DNA of 64,000 nucleotides from a bacterium (GTDB taxonomy: Bacteria > Krumholzibacteriota > Krumholzibacteriia > G020349025), in contig JANLSU010000070.1 of NCBI GenBank assembly GCA_031362565.1, positions 1 to 64,000 on the forward strand. The letters are read 5' to 3'. A program made the position numbers and the translations under genes. Of this stretch, positions 30,938 to 38,218 are shown piece after piece; positions within the stretch are counted from its first letter, which is position 1, and each line of letters opens with the position of its first letter. The notes under the pieces are model-generated. The model was not told where the DNA came from. It saw only the letters and a program-made list of their open reading frames with translations, and did not search any database.

Positions 30938-31920
30938 TCGAGCGCATCGAGACCGAATTGCGTGCTGCGTGGTCACGGCGCGGCGAACCGGCACCGCGCC
31001 GCGTGCACTGTCTCAAATTCGGCGCCGCCAACTACGCGAACCCCGGTACCGCCTTGGTGTTTTTTGCGTTTCGCGACGCCGCCGCGCAACCGGCCGCGGT
31101 GGTCAAGGTGGCGCGCGATGCCGCCGGTGATTCCGCCGTCGAGCGCGAAGTCGAGTCGGTGCAGAGCCTGCGCGCCCGGGTTGGGGCGGTGTTGGCGCGG
31201 CTCATTCCGGAGCCGCTGGCGGACGGCGCAGTGAACGGCCGCGCTTTCGGGGCGTGGACCGCGCTCGGCGGCACCGCCGACTTGCACCATGTCGACGGGC
31301 CGCGCGGCGCGCGCCGCAGCGAATCACGCATCGCCGCCGCCCTCGGTTTCCTGCGCGACCTGCAACGGGCAACGCCGGCCGCACCGGTCCGTGCCGCGGA
31401 GTGCATCGGACCGTGGGATGCGGTCCGAGCCGAACTCGCCGCGGCGGGCAGCACACCGGCTGGCTTGGAGAAATTGGCCGCGGTGGCGGCGGCCGCGTGG
31501 GAAACGCCGTGGCCGGCCGCACTCGCGCATGGCGATTTCTTTCCCGGCAACATTCTCTTCGACGCGCGCCAAGTGACCGGCGTGGTGGACTGGGCGACGG
31601 TGGTGCTCCGAGCGCCGGTTTGGCTCGATTCGCTCGGGTATGAACTGAGCTTCGCATTGCATGCGCTGTCGCGTGGCCGCGGCGCGGAGACCGCGGAGCG
31701 TCGGGCCACGGCAGCACTCGGACCATTTGCCGCCTCCGGCACCGAGCTCGCGGCGGCGGGCGTCGACGCGGGCTGGGGTTCGGCGGCACGCGTGCTGGCG
31801 GTTGCGGCGGGAGCGGTGCGCGAAACCCGCGGCGGCGCGGCGCGGCGTGGCGTGGCGGAGTTGTGGCTGCGGCTCCTTGAACTGGAAGCACGCGACTTCG
31901 GCGGGCGCGGCGCGCCATAA
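30934..31920 (+). CDS. Aminoglycoside-phosphotransferase (APH)-like kinase
   Basis: AVVKVAR, HGDFFPGN (Brenner motif), VVDW; ATGA overlap with the methyltransferase. Confidence 0.8.
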   Translation: MIERIETELRAAWSRRGEPAPRRVHCLKFGAANYANPGTALVFFAFRDAAAQPAAVVKVARDAAGDSAVEREVESVQSLRARVGAVLARLIPEPLADGAVNGRAFGAWTALGGTADLHHVDGPRGARRSESRIAAALGFLRDLQRATPAAPVRAAECIGPWDAVRAELAAAGSTPAGLEKLAAVAAAAWETPWPAALAHGDFFPGNILFDARQVTGVVDWATVVLRAPVWLDSLGYELSFALHALSRGRGAETAERRATAALGPFAASGTELAAAGVDAGWGSAARVLAVAAGAVRETRGGAARRGVAELWLRLLELEARDFGGRGAP

Positions 31921-31949
31921 AAATGGGCCGCCGCGATTGCGACGGCCCA
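31919..31949 (-). terminator. Rho-independent terminator on the minus strand
   Basis: UGGGCCGUCGC-AAUC-GCGGCGGCCCA-UUUUU; the U-G pair works only on the minus strand. Confidence 0.75.
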
Positions 31950-32236
31950 CTCCGGAGGCCCGAGCCAGTATGACGTTCGTCCCACTGTCACCGAGTTCTC
32001 GCCTCAACCCGGTGTCGTTCCCCCGTCTCCGCTCGTCACGGAGCACGGCTTCATGAATGTCGGCGCAGAGGTTCGGCGAGGGCGACACGGTAAAAATTCG
32101 CTAGGGGGAAGCACGAGGCCGGGATGGAGCGCCAATCCCCACACTGGCGTCCATCCCTAAGCCCCAGCTTTCCGATCAACCCGCGAATCTCGAACGGTCG
32201 ACCTGAGATTCGCGAGTCACGCATCGATGCGAACAG
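31919..32236 (-). ncRNA. Candidate sigma-54-dependent structured small RNA (~320 nt)
   Basis: Bounded by a sigma-54 promoter and a terminator; two long stems (32182-32214, 32115-32165); no ORF with an RBS. Confidence 0.55.
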
Positions 32237-32246
32237 CTACCTACAC

Positions 32247-32263
32247 AGCACCCGCCGTGCCAA
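32247..32263 (-). promoter_or_regulatory. Sigma-54 (-24/-12) promoter
   Basis: TTGGCACGGCGGGTGCT versus consensus TGGCACG-N4-TTGC (one mismatch). Confidence 0.8.
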
Positions 32264-32285
32264 ACAAAGTCGACGATGCAATGGC

Positions 32286-32372
32286 TTATTTTACAGCACG
32301 TTACAGGTATAGCCCGGCGGGGATCCCAAAACGCCGCCGAAAATTTGCGGGGAACTGTGAAATTTATTCATA
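32286..32372. promoter_or_regulatory. IHF-like AT-rich site and candidate enhancer (UAS) palindromes
   Basis: TTATTTTACAGCACGTTA (32286-32303); CCGAAAATTTGCGG (32337-32350); TGTGAAATTTATTCATA (32356-32372). Confidence 0.5.
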
Positions 32373-32500
32373 GCCGCGGCGGGTGGTTTGTTGGAAAGCG
32401 TTGATTCTACGGCAGTTCGGCTACGAAAAACTTTTACTAGCGGGCGCGGCCCGATTTCGAATTTGGCGCGCCGCGGTTCCCCGCACTGGCGGCGTGGCGC

Positions 32501-32523
32501 AAAAAAAAACGGGCTGACGCCCG
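32501..32523 (-). terminator. Terminator of the TPR sigma-54 activator gene
   Basis: CGGGC-GTCA-GCCCG followed by T9 on the minus strand. Confidence 0.75.
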
Positions 32524-32566
32524 CTCTGAGCCTCCAGTTGGGCTCGGCTGCCCCTTTGGCCGCAAC

Positions 32567-35500
32567 TCACATTTCGCCTGGCTCGACGGCTGAACCGTAC
32601 AGTTTGATCTTCTGCAAGAGGCTTGGATAGCTGATCCCGAGCATGCGCGCCGCTTCGGATTTGTTGCCATCGGAACGGCGCAGGCAAACTTGGATGAGAT
32701 GCGACTCGAGTTGCGCGACGTGTTCGCGCAGCGTCAAACCACCGGGGTCCGCTGCCTCGTCGACGCCGTCGGAGAGCGCCTTGAGTTCGTCCGGCAGGTG
32801 CCGCACGGTAATCGGCTGGCGATCGTCCGCCAGAATGACCGCCCGCTTGATGCATTTTTCGAGCTCCCGCACGTTGCCCGGCCAGGCATAGGCCTCGAGC
32901 AGTTGCATGGCCTGGCGCGACACACCGGGAATGGTCTTCTGCATCTCCACCGTGAACCGGCGCAGGTAGTGTTCGACGAGCGGCTTCACATCGCCGCGGC
33001 GGGCGCGTAATGGCGGGATCGTGATCGGGAAATCATTCAACCGGTAGTACAGATCTTCGAGAAACAAACCCTGGCTCACGAGTTCCTTGATATTGCCCTT
33101 CGTCGCCACGATGACCCGCACATCGACCTTGCGGAAGACGTTCGAGCCGACCGGACGCACTTCGGAACTGTCGAGAAACTGCAAGAGTTTGCCCTGCATG
33201 AACAGCGACGTCTTGCCGACCTCGTCCAAGAAGACCGTCCCGCCCGTGGCGGCTTCGAGCAAGCCCATTTTCTCGGAGTCCGCGCCCGTGAAAGCGCCGC
33301 GCGCGTGCCCAAAGAGTTCGCTTTCGAGCAGCGGTTCCGGGAGCGCCGCGCAGTTCAGGGCCACGAACTTGCGGCCGCGCCGTTCGCTCGCCATGTGAAT
33401 GCCGTGGGCCAGCAACCCCTTGCCGGTGCCGGTTTCGCCGGCCAGCAGCACCGTGCAGGTGCTCGCGGCCACCTTCTGCGCCAAACCCATGACCCGGAAC
33501 ATCGACGCATCAGTGGTGATGAGACGGCGCATGGCCGGATGCAAATCGTCGCGTCCGGTTTGCACTTCGGGCGCTTGCAGCTGTTCGCGATAGTGCTCGG
33601 CCACCAACACGCCCGCCATACTCGCGAAAGTCGCCACGACGTCGACGTCGTCGGGGCCAAAGGGCCGCGGCGCTTGGGCCCGCGCCCGCTCGACATACAC
33701 CACACCGATCACGCGTTCGCCGGCGCACAGCGGATGCCAAATCACTGCGCCGGCGCGCGCCGCCAAGTCCGCAAACTGGCTCGCGAACGCACCGTCGACC
33801 TGGGCGAGCACCCGCGGCCGGCAACCGTCACTCATCATCGCGCCGGCGAGTCCGAGCGCTTCGTCGGCACCGATGCCGCTTGTACCGTGCAGATGCGCCG
33901 CCGCCTCACCCGGAAAACGCAGCGCCAAGAACGCCGACGACGCGCCGACGCGATCCCGCAATGCTTCGAGCGACTGGCGCAAACCGGGCTCCAGGTCATT
34001 GGCCGAACGCGCCAGCGCATACAAATCCGAAAACAACTGCGTCGCGCCGCCGGGACCGTGGCTTGAACGGGCGACGAGCGCACTTTCCAGGTCACGGCGC
34101 AGGGCCTGCGCCTCGCCCAGGAAACCGAACGTGGGATTGTCCTCGCACAGCCGCTCGACGTCGTACAGGGCCAGGAGTCCATCGTCGTATTCACCGCGCC
34201 CGAGATGGGCGCGCGCGATCACGAGCCCCGCCGCGCAGTAGCCATGATCTTCTTCGAGCGCGTGCAGGGCTTCGGAGGCCGCGGCACCTTCGTGGGCGGC
34301 GCGCAACAGCCCTTCGGTGTCGCCCTGCGAGCAATGCAACCGCCCCAATTCGATACGGCTCCATGCCGCTTCGAACGGATTCGCGGTGCGCTCGAAGGCG
34401 GTCACACTGGCGGTCAGACACTTGATTGCCTCGGCGTGGTGCCCGAGTCCCGCTGACGCGAGTCCGAGAGTGCGGAGGATGAAACCCACTTCGTGCGTGT
34501 CGCCACAGGACTCGCAAACCTTCAATGCACGGCGGGCAATCGCGACGGCCTCGGAGCGCAGCCCGCAGCGCAGTTGCAATTCGGCCTGGCGGCGCAGGAT
34601 CTCGCCGACGACGTCACCCTTGGGGGCGAAGGACCGCGCCTTCTTGAGCCCCGACTCGTAGTTCTCGCGCGCCTCGGCCAAGCGGCCCTGGGCGAACATC
34701 GAATCGCCGAGGAATTCGTCGGCGAGCGCCAGCGAGCGCGCCATCTGATGCCGCTCGGCGACAACGCGCGCCTCGAGCAGATATTTTTCGGCCTGCGCGT
34801 ACTTCCCCATCGCAATGAGGACGCGGCCCAACGAATTGAGGCAACTCACCACGGTACCTTCGTCGCCCAGCGCACTCGCCAGCCGGCGCGCGCGCCGCAA
34901 GTGCGCCACGGCTTCGTGGAACTCGCGAGTTTTGGTGTAGACGATGCCGAGATTGCCGAGCGTGCGCGCCAAACGCCGGGTCACTCCGAGACGCTCGGCG
35001 ATATCGCGCGCCTGGGTCAGCGAACGAATCGCTTTGTCCCACTGGCAGGCGTTCTTGTACGCCAGCCCGAGATTGTTCAAGACATCGGCGATGCCCTCTT
35101 GATCCTCGATCCGGCGATACGCCGCCAGGGCGTCGAGATTCAATTGCTCGGATTCCGCGGCGCGTCCGAGACGCAGGTTGCAGCATGCGGCGACGCTCAG
35201 CACGAAGGCGTATTCGCGGTGAGCGGCCGTCGCCTTGAGGATTTCGAGAGCGATGCGGGCGTCTTCGAGGGCCGCTTCGTGCCGCCCCTGCGAGCACAAG
35301 AGATCGGCGCGCCGCCCAAGCATGAGACCATGCTCGAGTTCGTATTCGTAGCCCTTCAGGAACAAGCGGGCGCGTTCCAGGTACGTCTGCGCTTGCTCGA
35401 GCTGGCCGCGCGAGCGCAGGCAATCGGAGATCTTGCGGTTCAAACGGGCCGCGACCGTGGGATCGAATTCGACCTCGGTGCCGAGTCCGCGCAGCGCATC

Positions 35501-35635
35501 CTCGTAGTACTCGAGCGCCGGCGAAAAGGCCTCGGTACCGAAATGGACGTCGCCGACTTCCTCGAGAGCAGCCAAGGACGCGGCCGACTCCCGGCCGTTG
35601 GGTTCCCCTGGATCGTGGCGATCGCGACTCAGCAT
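32567..35635 (-). CDS. TPR-repeat / GAF-like / sigma-54 AAA+ / Fis-HTH transcriptional activator (~1022 aa)
   Basis: TPR-like repeats (LNNLGLAY, LGNLGIVY, LNSLGRVL), GETGTGK, ESELFGH, GAFTGA, FLDEVG, WPGNVREL, NKSEAARMLGIS. Confidence 0.92.
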   Translation of the reverse strand: MLSRDRHDPGEPNGRESAASLAALEEVGDVHFGTEAFSPALEYYEDALRGLGTEVEFDPTVAARLNRKISDCLRSRGQLEQAQTYLERARLFLKGYEYELEHGLMLGRRADLLCSQGRHEAALEDARIALEILKATAAHREYAFVLSVAACCNLRLGRAAESEQLNLDALAAYRRIEDQEGIADVLNNLGLAYKNACQWDKAIRSLTQARDIAERLGVTRRLARTLGNLGIVYTKTREFHEAVAHLRRARRLASALGDEGTVVSCLNSLGRVLIAMGKYAQAEKYLLEARVVAERHQMARSLALADEFLGDSMFAQGRLAEARENYESGLKKARSFAPKGDVVGEILRRQAELQLRCGLRSEAVAIARRALKVCESCGDTHEVGFILRTLGLASAGLGHHAEAIKCLTASVTAFERTANPFEAAWSRIELGRLHCSQGDTEGLLRAAHEGAAASEALHALEEDHGYCAAGLVIARAHLGRGEYDDGLLALYDVERLCEDNPTFGFLGEAQALRRDLESALVARSSHGPGGATQLFSDLYALARSANDLEPGLRQSLEALRDRVGASSAFLALRFPGEAAAHLHGTSGIGADEALGLAGAMMSDGCRPRVLAQVDGAFASQFADLAARAGAVIWHPLCAGERVIGVVYVERARAQAPRPFGPDDVDVVATFASMAGVLVAEHYREQLQAPEVQTGRDDLHPAMRRLITTDASMFRVMGLAQKVAASTCTVLLAGETGTGKGLLAHGIHMASERRGRKFVALNCAALPEPLLESELFGHARGAFTGADSEKMGLLEAATGGTVFLDEVGKTSLFMQGKLLQFLDSSEVRPVGSNVFRKVDVRVIVATKGNIKELVSQGLFLEDLYYRLNDFPITIPPLRARRGDVKPLVEHYLRRFTVEMQKTIPGVSRQAMQLLEAYAWPGNVRELEKCIKRAVILADDRQPITVRHLPDELKALSDGVDEAADPGGLTLREHVAQLESHLIQVCLRRSDGNKSEAARMLGISYPSLLQKIKLYGSAVEPGEM

Positions 35636-35670
35636 GGATGTCCCTTGGCGTTCAACCGAATGCCGCTTCG

Positions 35671-36000
35671 CTACGCTCGGAACCTGGACCACATCTTGAA
35701 ACCTTCACGAATCTGCATCCACAGGTCCTGGAAGTCCCAGTCGCGTTGCGCCCCACCTTGATTCGGCGCGACGCCGGTCGTGGGCACTCCACCGCGCGGC
35801 GGCAGCGCCGTCCGGTTCGGCATGTCGTCATCACCCGGAGTGGTGATCGGCGTGCGCGGATTGGGGAGCGCCGGCTGGTTGCGCGCCCGAGTCACGAGTT
35901 GGCTGTATGAAGATTGATCGGCCGCGCGGAGGGGAGAGACCGCGACGGCAAGCAAGACCGCGGAGACCAGAAGCGACGCTGGCCAAAACCGCTTGAGCAT
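35671..36000 (-). CDS. Small secreted Pro-rich protein (109 aa), candidate signalling pro-peptide
   Basis: AAGGAG RBS; signal peptide MLKRFWPASLLVSAVLLAVAVSPLRA; Pro/Thr-rich core with PGDDDMPNR; aromatic amphipathic C-terminus; 35 nt upstream of the activator gene. Confidence 0.7.
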   Translation of the reverse strand: MLKRFWPASLLVSAVLLAVAVSPLRAADQSSYSQLVTRARNQPALPNPRTPITTPGDDDMPNRTALPPRGGVPTTGVAPNQGGAQRDWDFQDLWMQIREGFKMWSRFRA

Positions 36001-36139
36001 GGCCCAAACTCCTTCCGCACCGACGGCCCCGAGTGGGACTCGTACTGGCGAGGGCCCGGCATCGAAAGCCTTCCGCGTCGCCCCAACCCGAATCCGAAAG
36101 TTCAAGGGCATCCTCCGAAACACGACACGGATTACTCGA

Positions 36140-36167
36140 ATGATAACACGCCGATGGGGGGCGTCAA
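36140..36167 (-). promoter_or_regulatory. Sigma-70-type promoter for the peptide-activator operon
   Basis: TTGACG-16 nt-TATCAT with TGn extended -10. Confidence 0.6.
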
Positions 36168-36307
36168 GTGACCCGCGCCGGATTTCCGCGCGCCGGGCCG
36201 CGAAACCCGTTGCGGCACGGGAGGGTACAGGCCCGCCCACCGCTGCGGTCGCCCCTGCGGGGGCATGCGTCTTGCCCTCCCGAAGGCAAGCCGAAAGGGG
36301 CCGCGCG

Positions 36308-36925
36308 ATGTTCCAGGCCGTTGTGGTCGGTATGGCAGGTGTCGTCGATCGACCGGACGCGCTGCGGCGCGCCGAAATCGACGCGGCAGCGGCGTGGGTC
36401 GCGGGCCGCGGCGGCGACTTGGATGGCTTCCGCCAGGCCGCCGACCCGGCACTCAGCAATTGGCTCGCGCTCGCGCTGCCGGCGGCCGGACTGGCACCAG
36501 ACCGTCGGCTGCTGCGCGAGATTTGGTCGGCGGTTCAGGACGCGGTCCCGGCCGCCGAAAGCGCCGCGGTACGCGACTGGCTTCAGCCGCTCCGTGGCAG
36601 CACCCGCCTGGCGGTGGTCGATTCCGGCAGCGGACACCGCATGGACCGGTGGCTGGCGCACCTCGGCATTGGCGACTGGTTCGAACGCCGCCTGTGGACC
36701 GCAGATCTCGGGCGCGACGCGCGGCCGCCGCGGCCGCTGGCGTTCCGCTGGATTGCGTCGCGCATCGACGTCGCCGCGCACGACTGTCTGTATGTTGCCG
36801 GCCGCGCCGAGCTGGCCGCGGCCGCGCAACACGCGGGTTGGCAAGTCTTGCATCTGCCGCGGCCGTTGGACCCGGCGATCGATTGGGATGCCGTGGTCGC
36901 AGGCCGTTTGCCGGAGGTTTGTTGA
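36308..36925 (+). CDS. HAD-superfamily-fold protein with degenerate catalytic motifs
   Basis: MFQAVVVGMAGVV (motif I without Asp), LAVVDSG, LGIGDWFE, PRPLAF, CLYVAG, AQHAGW. Confidence 0.65.
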   Translation: MFQAVVVGMAGVVDRPDALRRAEIDAAAAWVAGRGGDLDGFRQAADPALSNWLALALPAAGLAPDRRLLREIWSAVQDAVPAAESAAVRDWLQPLRGSTRLAVVDSGSGHRMDRWLAHLGIGDWFERRLWTADLGRDARPPRPLAFRWIASRIDVAAHDCLYVAGRAELAAAAQHAGWQVLHLPRPLDPAIDWDAVVAGRLPEVC

Positions 36926-36929
36926 GCCC

Positions 36930-38126
36930 ATGGAAGGCACGCATTCCAGCCCGAGCGGACTCGATCGCCTCGCCGCAGGCGCGCTCCTGCTGGTCCTCGC
37001 ACCGCTCTTCGCCGGTATCGCGCTCGCCATCCGCCTGGACAGCCCGGGCAGCCCCTTTTGTCTGGAAGAGTGCACCGGCGCCGACGGCCGGTCCGTCACC
37101 ATCTTCCGCTTCCGCACCGTGCGCCGGGCGGTCCCATACAAAGGCCATGGGGCTGTGGCCACCCACGCCGGCGCAACCCTCACCCGCGTCGGCGCGTTCC
37201 TGCACGCCGCGCGCTGGGATGAGATTCCGCAGCTCATCAACATCGCACTCGGCGAAATGAGTTTTCAGAGCCCGCGGCCGGCAGTGGCCGGCGCACCGGA
37301 CAGTTTTGACGCCACCCGGGCCGGGCACGCGGCAGAGACTTCGGCAAGCGCCGCGGCACCCGTGCCGGCCGCGGCCACGCACGACGCCGCCGCGGCAGAC
37401 TCCGCACCGCCCGTATCAGCGGTGGCGGTTGCAAGTCCGGCCGGCGCCGTCCTGCCGGGCGTCGCGGCGCCGCTCTTGCCGCTGCTCGTCATCGGTGCCG
37501 GCGGCCACGCCCGCGTCCTCATCGACATCGTCGAGAAGCAGGCCCGCTATCGAGTCGTCGGCCTGCTCGATGATCGCACCGCACTCCGCGGCACCAGGTT
37601 GATGGGCTATCCGGTTCTTGGCGGCCGTGAAGTTCTCGACGAACCCGGCGCACCATCGCACGCCATCATCGCCATCGGTGCGCCGCGCGCCCGCAGCGTC
37701 TGGCAGGAACACTTGGAATCGCGCGGCTTTCAGCTCGCGGTGCTCGTGCATCCGTCGGCGCAGATCGGGCGCGATGTCAGCATCGGTGCCGGCAGCGTTT
37801 GCATGGCGATGGTCGCGATCAACTCCGGCGCGCGCCTCGGCCGCGGCGTCATCGTCAACACGTCGGCAAGCATCGACCATGACTGTGAGATCGGACCGTT
37901 CGCGCACATCGCACCGGGCGCCCGCCTCGCCGGCGGCGTGCGCATCGGCGACCGCGCGCATGTCGGCATCAACGCCTGCGTCATCCAGAGCCGGAGCGTG
38001 GGTGCCGATGCAACGGTCGGCGCGGGGGCGGCGGTCATTCGCGACGTGGCGGCAGGCTCGACAGTCGTCGGCGTGCCGGCGCGTGCGATTGCGGTGCGCA
38101 AGACCGAATCCGTTCCGGCGAGTTGA
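36930..38126 (+). CDS. Partial phosphoglycosyl (bacterial sugar) transferase fused to a PglD/NeuD-type hexapeptide acetyltransferase
   Basis: AIRLDSPG..IFRFRTV..TRVGAFL..WDEIPQLINIALGEMSF; Ala-rich linker; IGAGGHA, VHPSA, NTSASIDHDC, VVGVPAR. Confidence 0.8.
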   Translation: MEGTHSSPSGLDRLAAGALLLVLAPLFAGIALAIRLDSPGSPFCLEECTGADGRSVTIFRFRTVRRAVPYKGHGAVATHAGATLTRVGAFLHAARWDEIPQLINIALGEMSFQSPRPAVAGAPDSFDATRAGHAAETSASAAAPVPAAATHDAAAADSAPPVSAVAVASPAGAVLPGVAAPLLPLLVIGAGGHARVLIDIVEKQARYRVVGLLDDRTALRGTRLMGYPVLGGREVLDEPGAPSHAIIAIGAPRARSVWQEHLESRGFQLAVLVHPSAQIGRDVSIGAGSVCMAMVAINSGARLGRGVIVNTSASIDHDCEIGPFAHIAPGARLAGGVRIGDRAHVGINACVIQSRSVGADATVGAGAAVIRDVAAGSTVVGVPARAIAVRKTESVPAS

Positions 38127-38218
38127 GCGAATCCGTCCCTTCCGCACCTCACATCGCATCCCTTCTCCGCCCGACCCATCCGATTAGCGTCAAGCAGCTG
38201 TTCGAGTAGCAGCGGCGG

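Noticed and set aside
31989..32054. 21-codon ORF MKPCSVTSGDGERHRVEARTR inside the candidate RNA
   Set aside because: No Shine-Dalgarno sequence and no peptide features; cannot be fully excluded.
31919..32236. CsrB/RsmZ-type sponge identity for the candidate sRNA
   Set aside because: About eight GGA triplets in ~320 nt is near chance for this GC content, and most are not in hairpin loops.
35671..36459. 262-aa version of the peptide ORF
   Set aside because: The N-terminal extension overlaps the divergent HAD-like gene and the promoter; RBS and signal peptide point to ATG 36000.
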